From: Blastocystis sp. subtype 4
Lineage: Eukaryota
DNA: 64,000 nucleotides
Assembly: GCF_000743755.1 (NCBI RefSeq)
Contig: NW_014569527.1
Coordinates: 1-64,000 of the forward strand
Direction: 5' to 3'
Position 1 is the first letter of the stretch. Each line of letters starts with the position of its first letter. The position numbers and the translations under genes are program-made. Shown here piece after piece: positions 1-13,223 of the stretch. The notes under the pieces are model-generated. The model had not been told where the DNA came from, did not search any database, and was given only the letters and a program-made list of their open reading frames with translations.

Positions 1-71
1 CTGACATTCTGGATGAGTTCTATGCGCGCAAGGGAGTAGAGGCTCCTGAGGTGGACGAGAAGGAGGAATAG
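1..71 (+). CDS. 3' end of an upstream gene (…DILDEFYARKGVEAPEVDEKEE*), product unknown
   Basis: Open frame from the window edge to TAG 69-71, followed by TGTTTGTT at 86-93. Confidence 0.6.
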   Translation, partial: DILDEFYARKGVEAPEVDEKEE

Positions 72-279
72 AGTGTTTTTTGAACTGTTTGTTGGAATGC
101 AATGGATGAACAGACAACGAATGTGTGTCCGGAGGATTCCTCTTTTCATGTTGGTCAGTATTATCGACTTCAAATTCAGTCTGCAACAAGAAAACAAAGC
201 GGGAAAGAATCGAAAAAGGCGACCCAAAGTTTCCCTGATTCCACGTTTAACGACTGAAGAGAAACCAATTTCAAGCGTT

Positions 280-911
280 ATGGATCCAGGAAGATCACCA
301 TGTCCTTATAGATTAGTCGACGATACCGGTGGTGCCTTTATGATTGGTAGAGCTGTTGTAGTTGCGATTCTTATTCTAGGTGCTATTGGAGGGGCTATTT
401 GGCACATGTTTAGAGGTTTCCGTAATTCTCCAAAGGGCTCCCACATTCAGGGAATGGTTTATGCGGTTAAGACGCGTGCTCCCGTGTTGGGTGGTAGGTG
501 GATTGTGCAACTGAATCTAAGAATGTAGGAAACTTTGCTATTTGGGGTCTTCTCTATTCTGCTTGTGATTGTACATTTTCTGCAATTCGTCGTAAGGAAG
601 ATGTGTGGAACTCGATCATTGCCGGAGGACTGTCGGCAGGTATTTTGGCTATGCGAGGAGGTGTAAAGGTGTTTGCACGAAACTTTGCTCAGGGAGCTGT
701 ATTGCTGGGTCTAATTGAGGGTTTTAACATTATGCTATCATCATATACAACAAAGAAGTACAACGAACAGATGATGGAATTGTATGGTTTTGATGGTAGG
801 AATTGGTGATTTGTGTTACTGAAAGCTGCTACTTCTCTTGCTGCTCCTCGTACAAATATTGTCAAGTCAGATGGGGTTTTCGAACAAGATGCTGGGAAGC
901 CAAGAATGTGA
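280..911 (+). CDS. TIM17: Mitochondrial inner-membrane translocase Tim17 (3 short introns)
   Basis: Spliced product has PCPYRLVDDTGGAF, RAPVLGGNFAIWG and RRKEDVWNSIIAG, typical Tim17 motifs. TGTTTGTT at 948-955. Confidence 0.9.
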
Positions 912-1019
912 TTGGTCTCGGTCAGTTTACGTTGTATTGTTTGTTTAAGAGAAAGCGGATCGCCGGGAATTTCAGCAGTTTCATAGTGGGAACAACAACT
1001 CCATTTTTTGTTAAGCGAA

Positions 1020-1374
1020 ATGGATTTTGTTGCCAAAAAGGAGAATACTGATTCTAAGCCTGAAGGAGAAGATACTATTGTAATTCGTGTGTGTGATAGC
1101 GTGAAGAATGAACTCTGGGCACTTATGGAATAGGAAGGAAATTCTGTTCATTTCCGTGTGAGAAACAATACAAAGATGAAGAAGGTGTTCAAGAACTACT
1201 CGACAAAGATGGGACGAGATCAGAGTTATTTCCGTTTCATGTTTGACGGAAGATGTATTGGCCAGGATGATACACCGGAATCTGTAGGTATTGAAAGCAA
1301 AGAGTCAGTGTTAGTTGGGAATGGAAGATGGTGACCATATTGACTGCGAACTGGAACAAGTTGGAGGATATTAG
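1020..1374 (+). CDS. SUMO: SUMO (ubiquitin-like modifier), 2 introns
   Basis: Spliced: …SVHFRVRNNTKMKKVFKNY…FRFMFDGRCIGQDDTPESLGMEDGDHIDCELEQVGGY*, ending in a di-Gly plus one residue. Confidence 0.9.
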
Positions 1375-1561
1375 GAGACCCTTGTATACTTTTTTGTTTG
1401 TTTATCCATTCTATCAGGAATGTCGTCAGTGGTCCAAAATGGCTGGAGAGGTCACAACACACGTACGTTGTGACTATACCTTTCATTTGTGATGTTGATA
1501 AATGAATTCAAAAAAGGGGAGATTCTGTTAATAATTCATTCTTATTCAATTTGACGTGAAC

Positions 1562-4500
1562 ATGAGTGCTGGACCTGGGATTCGATTCGACAGATCGGAT
1601 CGTGTTTGTGTAGGCTCGTATTGTGAACTGGTTGAGGATTGTAGTACGATATCAAATCGATGGCAGAAACGAATGCAATATCACAGGGAGAGTACTTTAA
1701 CCAACTTCGTGAGCTAAACAGGATGATTACCTACATTTCGCTTCAAATGAGGAATACAGACCTCCAACCGCTAGACGTAGTTTTTACAAAACGATTAATA
1801 GGTTTAGAATACTTCGGAAGGAGATCAACGGACACAATTGTTGTATTGGTATTTAGGGACTTTCATATAGTTTAAATACTTCAATTGCAAGAGCAATTAC
1901 CATTTCAGTTCCTCTCATTCCAAGTGAAACGAGATTGCGCGACATTTTGGAAGACATTACTGAACATCAGTTGGAAGAAATGAATTCTTATAATGGTGTA
2001 GTATTCACAACTTTTTGATTCGAAAGAATACGTCTATCGAGTTAATTACTTCCCAAAGTGTTTTCAATTACATCGCTGCAGGGTATAACATTGACGACAT
2101 TTCAAAAGACAATTTAACAACGACTCGTGTTCCCTTTGTCCCTCGAACGATGTCCATTCGTAAGGCATTCAAATTGATGGTTGATCGTGTATGAACTGTG
2201 TGTAGAATCGATTCTAGAACATTCCTTTGGTGTTGATTAATTGGACGCAATTCGAACAGAAATTGTATTCAGATACAACAAAAGTAGTGTATCCAAATGT
2301 TGTAACTCTTTCTCAAATTTACTCCATGATTTGTCAGCGTCTGGTGGAAGATGGAGTAATCCAGCGGAATACTGGAGAAATGGAGGAACTCGTGAATCCT
2401 TCAGTCAAGATTGATCCCATCACCCATCAGCCTGTCACTAGCAATAGTGCTGTCGTAAGAGCTTCCATTCGTACAAGCAAATTATTGGTTGAACCAGATG
2501 AAGACATTGAAACTCCCCACTCAACGAAAGAAAAATACCTTCGATTGTTAGAATCCTGTCTGAATGTGTTACGCTTGGTTGGTAGTCATTACGTATATCG
2601 AGGCATCTTGGTCATATTGCAAGCAGTTGATGCTCTGATGTTGTTAATTGCAATGTTAGGATTCTATTTCGACTATCGTTTGACGTAATGAATACATTTA
2701 TGAATTGAATCACAGATCGGTCTATCTCACACTCACTTTCATATTCGTTTTTGATTGGTTATTACGTTGTGGTTTAGTGAATCAGAAACTCCATCTTGCA
2801 AAAGATGTATCAATGGAAATCGAGAGTAATATGTAGATTGCAGATATTGTAGTTATTTTCGTTAGTCTCTTTGCTAATTTCATTGTGAATATCTCATCTA
2901 AAGTAACCAGAGGAATCATCACCTTGATTCTGTTGGCTCGTCTTATTCGAGATTACATCGTTCTTCAGGATGTAATTCAACTGTTTTCACAGGATATCCG
3001 AAGGATCTTCAATCGATCACGATCTCGTCAGAAGGAGAAGAATCTGGACATTACGTACATCAGCTGTTCTCGTTCAGATAGTGAATGATTTGTAGCTCGT
3101 GTATTAGCAATGTCATGGCCTGGAAGTGCATGGGAAAGTGTTTGGAGGAACAGTATTACGGATGTGGAAGAGTTTCTGAATAAACGGCATATGGGACATT
3201 ATTGGGTGTATGACCAGTGATCCTTGTTAATTATAGTTTGAATCTTTGTGAAGAAGGAGATTACAAAGGAAAGAAACGAGCATTGTGTTTTGGAGGCAGA
3301 TATACTCACTACTGCATTCAAGATCACAATCCATGTTCACTCACACAATTGAGAGCCATCATCTTTGAATGCAATGAATGGCTATCTCAAGATCCATCAA
3401 ATGTGATTGTAGTTCATTGTAAAGGTGGTAAAGGTCGCACTGGAATGGTGGTAGCATGTTTGTTGATGCGGCTGGGGATTCAATGTACTCCTGAAATGGC
3501 CTTGGATTACTTTGCACAAAAACGAACAACAAAGGAAGTAGAAACAAAAGAAGAAGAAACAAAAGTAAAGAAACAACGTGTGTCAAGTGATCATTGGAGA
3601 TTCGATTGTGATGCGTAGGTCCTTCACAAATTCGTTATGTTTGCTATTATGATTTCATGCTTGATCATTTGTTATTACCGCGGGAATCAATCAAATTAAC
3701 ATGTATTGAATTACTGGTAAGATTGATGGGTAAATGAATGAGATTTAGATCACGGAGAAACAGATACGAGATGCACAGAAAACTCTCCGATTTGTAGTCA
3801 AAGTTGTGAAGAACACGTTTGGATATGGTGTTGATCGAGTGACCGGTCGGATTGATTTGACCAAATTACCTGAGAATTCTGGCGACGAGAATCGAACCAG
3901 TTATTGTGATGCTCTGGCTCATTGCACTTTGAAAGAAGAACATGAGTATGTTATTCAAAGTCTGGATATGATGATCCTTCCCAAACGACGAATTGCTATT
4001 GCTAAATTAGCATCACCTCTGACGTTATCAGGTGACGTTAAAGTGGAAGTTCATGCAATCAATCTAACCTCGGACACATGTTATTTCGTGTGGTTCAACA
4101 CAGATTTCATTACTGATCAAATCACAACATTCACTGGTGCTGAAGTTGATTGCTCGAAATCTTCGCAAAGTTCTTCTTCGTCCTCTTCCTCTTCATCATT
4201 ATCTTCTACAATGGATGCAGCTTCTGATCTATACAGTAGCAGTGTTACTGTCGATATGGATGAATCTTCTCGTTCTTTCTCTCGTGATTCTTCTACTCGA
4301 TCATTAGTTCCTCCACCGGACCCTGATATTGACACATCTTCACTTCTTCGGTTGTACTTTGATGGACGAGGATTACGAGAGGATGCCAGTGCCAAACGTA
4401 TTCAAGAGCTGACTGTTGAGGAAGGTGATGTTCTTCCTCAATCTTCATTAAAGCCAATGGCTCTCTTCCAGAAAGCTTCCTCTCAAATTATTCACTCTAC

Positions 4501-4903
4501 GCGTACATTGATTTCTCGTGTCTCCTCTGCTGCTTCCACCTCTACACTAGTTCTGCATAGAACACACTCAGAATCGTCAACCTCACAACGGTCTCGGTCG
4601 TCGTCACGGGAGTTGGAGCTGGGTTCACCACGAGCATTATCACCTATGGATCCGGAGGTGGAGCGAATTCCTTCCTCACGCAGTGTGAACAGTACTGGGT
4701 CGTCGCCTGAGGTGTTATTCCGTGATAAACTTGATATTGAAAGAAGAGAACGAATGAGAATGAGCAAATTGAATGAGAGTGAAGAATTTATGCAATCTCT
4801 GAATTCGAATGTATCAGATAATGGAGGAAAAAACAAGGATGAACAATTAGATGCCATCGATGAAGGAGATGATGAAATTCACTTAGAGAGTGATTCCGAA
4901 TAG
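1562..4903 (+). CDS. Voltage-sensor-domain PTEN-family phosphoinositide phosphatase (VSP/TPTE-like), multi-intron
   Basis: Four hydrophobic segments at ~2590-2960, linker RRIFNRSRSRQKEKNLDITYI, RVLAMSWP, catalytic loop HCKGGKGRTG, C2-like LSGDVKVE…FVWFNTDFI, Ser-rich tail. Confidence 0.8.
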
Positions 4904-4950
4904 TAACAGTAGCTTGCTAGTGCTTCTTGTTTGTTCATTATTCCTTTGAG

Positions 4951-5718
4951 ATGATGGCAGCGAAACCTGTAATTGGATTAGATTTAGATGAAGTACTATC
5001 TATAGGTTTGTAATGATGAATAGTGTTTGGGCCAATTCGTTGCCAATCTGGCGATCTTCTACAATCGAAGTCATGGAACACATCTCACTGTCGATGACTT
5101 TACGAGCTATTCATTTTGGGAAGTGTGGGGAGGTACTCGTGAAGCTGTCTTATTCGATGTATCGAGTTACATGTAGTGTGCCAAGATTATTGATGCATTC
5201 TTCAAGGATCCACTATTCGTTGATGGAGTAGGTGATGTTGATGTATCTTGATGGAGATTCCCCTAGTCCAAGGTTCCTTTGAAGCCTTAACGACTCTGAG
5301 TGAGAAGTTTGATATTTATATTGTCACCTCACGCCACGCTGTATTCTTGGAGTGTTGGTATTTCGTAGTGTACGAAAGCAATAACGTTAAAATGGCTGGA
5401 TTCCAACTTTCATGGTCTTATTAAGGAGGTTCTCATAGGTAATCTATGGTCACAAGATGGTCACAAGATGTATGATTTCGTAAGAAATTGATGAATAGAA
5501 CAAAAAGGGAGATGTGTGAGCGGATTGGCGCATCCGTTTTGATCGACGACAATTGGAACTATGTTCACGAGTGTCGAAATATAGTAAAGGTACCTATTCT
5601 CTTTGGAATCTATGGCTGGAATCGTCGCTCCAATCCAAAGGATTATGAGGGCATGTATTGCTGTAAGAATTGGGAGGAGGTCGTGAATGTGTTAATGAGT
5701 TATGACTTTCCGAAATAA
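4951..5718 (+). CDS. HAD-superfamily 5'(3')-deoxyribonucleotidase-like (NT5C-type)
   Basis: N-terminal IGLDLDE motif I, YSFWEVWGG, IVTSR motif II, VLIDD motif IV. Confidence 0.75.
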
Positions 5719-5781
5719 GGTGTTTGTAAAAAAACAGTGAAGTATGATTCGGAGAACATAGAGTCACTACAACTTCGTTCC

Positions 5782-6286
5782 TTAAGCCTTCAGAGCATAA
5801 CATCTCTTGGGGAAAGCACGTTCCTTCTTCTGCTGACGCAAAGTCTTCTTGTTAGCCTACAATGAACAAAAACACTAAGGACGCACCTGCTTCTCTGTCA
5901 AGGCACGACGCATAGCACGGGTGGTCTTAGTACGAAGGTCAGTAGGCAAATACTTGGCCTGAGCGTAGTGCTCCTTCAACTACAGAATGAACCAGTCTAC
6001 GACAAAACAAACAGCAGCTCTCTTCTGGTGGTTCAGCACAGTCAGGGCACGAGCAATATTCTTGCGGACAACCTTGATCTGAGCAAGCTTGGCAGGAGCA
6101 CCCTGAGTGACCTGAGCAACACGCAGCTAGATATCAGAACACCGACAACTAGCAATTACCTGAGAAAGTTCCTTCTTGTACTTCTCAATCTCGTTCATGA
6201 GCTCATCTCGGTTCTTCTGACGAAGTTCAACAGCCTTAACTCTGGCTACGACGGATTAGGTACCAATAATGTAAACACCTACGCAT
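5782..6286 (-). CDS. RPL35: 60S ribosomal protein L35 (uL29), multi-intron
   Basis: Spliced: [10 protein letters not shown]…[30 protein letters not shown]…[19 protein letters not shown]…[10 protein letters not shown]. Confidence 0.95.
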
Positions 6287-6572
6287 TTCTCTAAATCTAT
6301 ACAAATCTATTGTAAGAGAAGGAATGGAAAGACCATGAACCCCCTGGATGAATTGAATTCTAATTCAATATAGGTGATAGAAATTGAACCCCCTATTCAA
6401 TATTCTTATCCAAATTATGGAGTATTTCCACAATGAAACTAGAAAAGAGTTAAAGAACTGTGGAAACAAACAGAAAAGACACCGTATAGAGAATTGTCAA
6501 CAAACAAGAAGACAGTGATCGTTAACAAACATAACGAGCATCATGAAATTTGTCAATCGAATAATGGAATAA

Positions 6573-7440
6573 TCATTTTTTCTTTTTATCCTAATTCTCA
6601 CAAGATGCACTCATCCTTACAATTGAATAGCAAACACGACAAATTTTCTTCTTGTTACTAAAGGGCCAATACCTATCATGCATCTACCCCTCACTCGTAA
6701 CAGTCTCTCTTACTTGCGAGTAAAAACGGAATAAAGCAGAATTATTGTTAAAGGCAATAAAAACATAACCAAGGTTACGGTGCGTCTTTGAATCAATAGG
6801 AAAGTTAACAATCCGATAACTGTCTACAGATAAAGGACTCGTCTATCATCAACCTGGAACTATTAAATCAAGGACTTTCTTCAAATCAACTTCAGAATAA
6901 CGATTAGGAACATTGCGAAGCATAACAGTAAGACGTTCATTTTTACCATTCACAACACTGGAAATATCGATAGGATACTCCAAGTAGTGCTTATCATATT
7001 TGGGAGAAACAGCTGATGTCACAACAAGCTCGAACACCTACGTATAGCCTTTCGTTCTAATATGGGATAAGGAGTCAAAAAAGAGTGTTCATAAGGAGAA
7101 ACTACGTTAGGATCTGGATACACAACCTCTTCAAGTGGACAACAAGACTCAGAAGGATAGATTGGTGGTACACTAGCAAAATTACATCCTTTAGATGAAT
7201 AACGATGACCGTTAAAAGAATACGCCTGTCCAGTATGTGTGAAAGCATCATGGTTAAGAATACAAGATTGGCGACACGTTGGTGAGTACTTATCCGAAGT
7301 ATAGTACAAAACAGGATAGGAAGAACTGTTACGTATAGCCGAATGAGAATAATAGCCAACATCTACTTGTAAATACCAAAATACACTCCCTACCTGAAGA
7401 GTTGTTGATATGATGATTCTGTTTATTCTGAATATAATCA
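6573..7440 (-). CDS. Mei2-like RRM RNA-binding protein (start uncertain)
   Basis: LTVMLRNVPNRYS, FPIDSKTHRNLGYVFIAF and WPFSNKKKICRVCYS match the Mei2-type C-terminal RRM. Confidence 0.7.
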
Positions 7441-7887
7441 TCGCTAGATAAAATGTACGTTATTCAGTGAGCGTCTTGGAAAATCAAAGGGCACTTCACG
7501 ACGGAAATCAAACGAAGATGGCTAACGATTGATTCTCTCTGACAGAGATTACATAAGAATGGGAGGGATACATAGAAAAAGATAGACTAAAAGAAAAATG
7601 AGAATCATGGAGCAAGAATACATGACTGGAGGAACAAAATCTTGTGCAATGAAACGTCCTAGAATAGCATTTGCATGAAAATGCTTTTGCCTTAAGTTTC
7701 TTTTATGAACCAAAATGAAGGGTAATAAAATCATTCAGACAATAATAACCCATAACAATTGAAACAGGAAGATTCGATAATAATGCGGAATATGAGCCAA
7801 AGAACACACAGAAATCTGAGCCAATATCTTCGACTAATATCCAAATCTAATCAAGTCTATTATTGTTCACTACTTTATCGCATTTTC

Positions 7888-9127
7888 ATGTCTTCTGTAT
7901 TTTCCAAATTCCTTCAGTCTGTTGCAGTAAGATATTGGTCCTTGGAGTCATTCCAAAGGGTAGAGGGAAAAAGAGTGGGAATGCCAGCGATTCGCCAACA
8001 ACATCCACTACTGAACCTGTAGAAGTTGTTAAAGAACCAGAAGAATCAGCAAAAACGCAAATACCACCTGAAAGTGCGGATCCTAAGGTTGTAACAAAAG
8101 CAAGAAGACGTCTTTCCGTGGATGGTCACGATGTGAGTCTCGATGGTATTGAAGACATTGGTATTGTCGATGGGTATGGTGGAACACCCGTTCAAGAGAA
8201 GGAATCTGACGAAGCGTTCTTTATCGGTTCCTTTGCAGGTAAATCTCAGAAAGGATATGTTCCTTACAATCCTCGAAAGGTGAATCAGGATTATATGCTA
8301 ATCCGAGAGGATCATGAAACAAAGACACTTGTTCTAGGTACATTCGATGGTCATGGAGAACATGGACATTGTATTAGTGAAGTAGGGATAAGGATGATTT
8401 CTTATAGTAGTTTATCTGTACAGGATTTTATAATCATCTTATACAACATGAAAAGTGGAAAACTGACCTCAAAACAGCTGCTTTGGATTCATTAGTTCTA
8501 GTGGAACAAGAATGCATCCAAAGTCGTTTTATCAAAACAGATTTCAGTGGAACTACTGCGGTTGTGTGCATCATTCGTGGCTCGCAGTTGATAGTATTGA
8601 ATGTTGGTGATTCGAGGTATAGGTGTGTTTAGAGATTGACGTGTAGAGCGATAATGGCATCTGAAGTGGGTGAAGAATATGTAGTAACAGAATTGACGCA
8701 TGACCATAAACCAGGCCTTCCTGAAGAGAAGGAACGTATTGAAAAGGCAGGAGGTCGTGTATTTGCTATGGAGTATGATGATGGATATGATGGACCTGCC
8801 CGTGTATGGTTGAAGGATCAGGATATTCCGGGTCTGGCCATGTCACGTTCTCTCTGTGATACTGTGGCTCATTCTGTGGGTGTTGTATCTACACCAGAAA
8901 TGATCGAACGTACACTGACTGAGGAAGATCGAGTGATTGTATTGGGATCTGATGGCCTGTGGGAGTTTATTCCTTCAGAAGAAGTGATTGCATTAATTGA
9001 GGATTGTGAAACACCTGAAGATGCTGTAGACAGACTGTGTACAATAGCATGGAAACGATGGTTTGATGTAGAAAAGGTTGTAGATGATACTACAATCATT
9101 GTTGTATTCTTGGGAAGAGAAGGTTGA
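7888..9127 (+). CDS. Protein phosphatase 2C (PPM family)
   Basis: NQD, FDGHG, SGTTA, NVGDSR, DHKP, GLAMSRSLCD, LGSDGLWE and DDTT motifs. Confidence 0.95.
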
Positions 9128-9156
9128 TTGCAATATGTTTTCATAACAAACACAAT

Positions 9157-10573
9157 ATTTCTCCTTCCGATTATACTCAATAGATTCCATCTCTGTAATC
9201 ACATCCTTCATAATCGTATAACTGATTGTAAAGCATTCAGCTTTGCACACTTTCGTCCATGCCAACAGATACTCACTCATATCATCTGGCTGTGTCCATG
9301 TTTTCACCAACTTCCTCAAATCTCCATAATTCAATTCTTTCATACCAGTAGCATTTTGAATGAATACCAATGTTGATGGAAGAGTACACGTCTTATCATT
9401 CATAGTACTTGTTAATATGCTATCATTGATAAATACAGATTCTGTAGGGGGGATTAATGATCCAATCCGATTGCTTAACTGAACTCCTCCAAACAATCCA
9501 TTCACGATATTATTGCTAATCACAGTATGATCCAGAGAGAATAATGAACCAGTATTGAAAGCATTTCTATGAATCTCATCCAAGTGTTTGTGAGAGATAT
9601 GATTGAAGTCCGTACAATCTGAGAATAGAAAAGTCGAGACATTATTCTTAGCTCGGAGACAGGAACAAGGAACCACTACAGTGTTGATTGTGTCTTTGGC
9701 AGATGCCTCTCCTGTAGTGAGATCAGCTAAATCACGGTTATTGTGATAAAACAATTTGTTAGCAGCATCAGCAATCTCCTATAGATTACTCTTTCTCATT
9801 ACGTTCACATCAATCATTTGACGGAGACTACAGGATCCATTGATCACTAAAGTATATGTATGATTGCTAACAAGATGACTGTTCACGCATTCTTCCAGAC
9901 TGTTATTACCTCGAGCAACGTAAATGGTGAGATTGTTACGATACTCGTTCCCTTCCTTAGACTTCACATCTGTCACTGGGAACTACATGTTATCAGGAGA
10001 TTTAGTAACAACTGTAAGAGCTTTCAAGGCTAGTGCAACAATGGGATCATTGGTGACACTGCGAACATGCACACACGAACGAGGAGTAGTTCCAAGCTTT
10101 CCATCCTGAACGTACACGTTGGGTTGGGAGGCGAGGAATGAATCAACCTATTTCACATATGCTAGACACTCCCTACATTTGCCTTCACAGCATCAAACCC
10201 CTTCGTTGAGGGTAACAGAGAACGCTCTTCAAATGGTGCAGAGACATGGAGACAAAGGTTTTCATCCACCTTTCCGGGAATCTTATCAGCAAGAGCTTCT
10301 GCATCAGGATTAAAAATAAGCTTATCGCTTGTCTTGATCCAATCTGAACCCCTGAAATACTTCAGATTTGTTTCTTTACTTCCTTGATACTAAAACGTGA
10401 TTGACACAGACAATACAAACCTGAACCTTCTCAGAAAAGAGAGGATATGTACTCATGTTCTTTACAATCTCAAACTCATCCGAATTAACGGCCTCAGCAA
10501 ACCCACGAAACGTTGAACAGGTACGTAACACACTAGAGAGTGTAGCAAATCTCTTTGAAGCAACTGCAAGCAT
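9157..10573 (-). CDS. Probable organelle-targeted, degenerate PEP-carboxykinase-like protein; stop probably made by poly(A)
   Basis: Arg/Ser-rich presequence MLAVASKRFATLSSVLRTCSTFRGF. VYVQDGKLG…VHVRSVTND and VVVPCSC…STFLFS…DHTVIS…GLFGG resemble ATP-PEPCK segments, but there is no GTGKT P-loop. Confidence 0.5.
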
Positions 10574-10612
10574 TCCAAGGTGAATAGGATGTATCGTAAA
10601 AGAGAATGGAGG

Positions 10613-12108
10613 ATGACAGAAATCGTCACTATTTCTTCCATCGCTACGATGATTCTGGAACAATCGTCCGAAGCTAGTAGGCAGGATGCTCTTGATCCTA
10701 AAAGAGCGATGCCGTCCAAACACATCATCTCGTCGCTTGGCTCCATGACAAACGGTTTTCTATTTAGTGTGACTCCTATCATTATACGTATTTTGAAAGA
10801 ACTCTGTTCCAATGTCAAATTTGTCCTTTTGCTCCATTCTAGTTTGACGAGGCAGCAACCTCCTTTATTGCTTCTGGATGGCTCTATGGATCTATTATTG
10901 GAATTCTATTGTTTGGATTCATTGGTGATGTCCTTGGTTACTATAAAGGGATGATTATGGCCACTACCCTTACGTTTGTCGGGATGATCTCAGGGAAATA
11001 TAAGCATATGATGTATTATTTGTAGAGTGTTTTCGTTATGGGCCTCATCTTCTTGGATTCCTTTTCTTTTTGGTGTTTCGAGGATTATTTTGGGTATTGG
11101 GTGTGGAGGAAGTATTCCAATTGCCTACACTCGAACCTCTGATTCAAGTAAGCATCACCAGTCGATTCCACCTCTAGATACTCAGGAGGTATCATCAACA
11201 GGTTCGATACTGCTTCTTTTACAGAGCAGCAGTTGGGTTTGTTTCCATCTCTCCCCTCATTCCTAGCTGTTGGGTCCTGTACTATTCAATCTCTGTTTGA
11301 AAGCCTTTCCCAATGCTCTTCAGTCCGTTCTGCAAGGTATTTTATTAGTGGCATCACTTCCATCGTTAATCTCTCTTATCCTTCTCTGTTACTCCTATCA
11401 GAGAGTTGTCTATCTTCCTCTTGTTGATGTGGAGGAAGCAGCTACAGAGTCGAAAGCTGAGCCAACATTACCAGTATGGAGAGCCTTCATAGCCACTGGT
11501 GTGACCTGGTTTCTCTATGATTTCAATGTGACCTTATATGTGCGGAATGATTCCTAGTCCTACGGAAATACCTTCTCATCCAAGGAGATTGTTCGAAGCA
11601 TGCTTCCTATTCCTGATTCGCCTGCAGGAGTAACTATTCCACTTATTCTTGCGGGTCTCTTCGGAGTTCCTGGTCAGTTGGTGGTTCATTCGTTATTCCG
11701 TCATTTTGATGTGCGGTCTGTTCAACGGATTGTAAGGATCATGATTACTATCAATCATAGGGATTTGGTATTCTTTCCTTCTTGTTCATGTTGGTAACCA
11801 TGGGACTGAGACATCATTTCCCTTCTTATGTTATCTTCTTACTGTACTGATTATGAGGATATATAGTACTAGATATCATCTCACTTTCTTCTTCTCCACT
11901 TGTGGGCCTGGTTCCACTACATACATTCTCCCCTCACTTCTCTTTGATGAGCATCAACTATCTCTATTTCACGGGATCTGTACTTGTATGGGGAAGTTTG
12001 GTGGAGCATTAGGTGCTTCTCTCTTTCCTCAGCTAGTTTCTCGGTTTGGAGCATCTCCTACAATGCTATTGTGTTGTGCTCTCTCTTTTATTGCCTGTAT
12101 TCTATCTT
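10613..12108 (+). CDS. MFS transporter, phosphate:H+ symporter-like (PHT1/PHO84 type); start uncertain
   Basis: RIILGIGCGGSIP, TWFLYDF, FFSTCGPGSTTYILPS…HGICTCMGKFG, many TM segments. Genomic TAA at 12120-12122 lies beyond the predicted poly(A) site. Confidence 0.75.
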
Positions 12109-12165
12109 CCCTTGTTTGTTAACTATAAACGACTTTCTAACAAACAGTTCGTGTATTGTTATTGC

Positions 12166-13223
12166 TTAAAAGCTGTTAGGGACAATCCACTTAGGGTCGA
12201 AGTCTCTCTTGCCCAGAGCACCGTTAACAGCGACCTCAGCGGCAATCTCTCCCATGCGAGTACGGGTAGCGATCGAAGCAGAGGCAATATGAGGAAGAAT
12301 CACAACGTTGGGCATCTTGAGCAGAGGGTTATCAGCCTTCATGGGCTCAGGCTCGGCAACATCAAGACCAGCTCCACCAATGATTCCCTGCTGAAGGGCC
12401 TTGGTGAGATCCTCCTGATCAATCACAGGACCACGAGATGTGTTGATGATGATGGCATCCTTCTTCATTTGCTTGAACTTATCCATATTAAACATGTGAC
12501 GAGTGTGAGGGTTCAGAGAAGTGTGGATGGAAATGAAATCAGATCTCTTCAACAGATCCTCCATAGACACATATTCCATCTGGTAGTCATTCTCCCAGTC
12601 CAACTTGCGGCGGATATCAGAGTAAATGATCTTGCATCCGAATCCACGCATTCTCTTCACGACCTCAAGACCAATCTCTCCCATACCACAGATACCCAGA
12701 GTCTTTCCATAGATATCAGTTCCGCAGTAGCCCAGAGGCTCCCAGGTTCCCCATCCTCCGTTACGGACGGAATCAATGGCAGGGCTCAGACGACGAGTGG
12801 TAGCGAGCAGCAGCGCAACAGTAAGCTCAGCTACAGTGTGATGAAGCACACCGGGAGTGTATCCAGTGAGAATACCTCTCTTCTTGCACTCAGGCACATC
12901 AATGTGGTCGAAACCGACGGACATCGTGGCCACGGTCTTAAGCTGAGGGCCAGCAGCCTCGAAGAACTCGGCGTTGATCTTCTCAGTCAGCATACACAGA
13001 CAGGCATCGCATCCCTTGACGGCAGCAAGGAGCTTATCTCTGGGCATAGCCTTATCAGGATAATCCCAGTGGACGATCTCCACAGGAGCGTCAGTCAGAA
13101 TCTTCATGGCGGGGGCAGGAATCTGTCTCGTAACCAGAATCTACTTCATCACCATCAGTTTGAAATCCTCACCTTGGGCTTAGCAGCTGAGGCGAAAGCG
13201 CGAACGAACTTAGGAGCAAGCAT
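12166..13223 (-). CDS. GRHPR: Glyoxylate/hydroxypyruvate reductase (D-2-hydroxyacid dehydrogenase) with short presequence
   Basis: MLAPKFVRAFASAAKPK, then an intron, then ILVTRQIP; SVGFDHID, GICGMGEIG, INTSRGPVID, GAGLDVAEPEP, LPHIASA. Confidence 0.9.

Noticed and set aside
5968..6294. 108-aa plus-strand ORF
   Set aside because: Antisense to RPL35.
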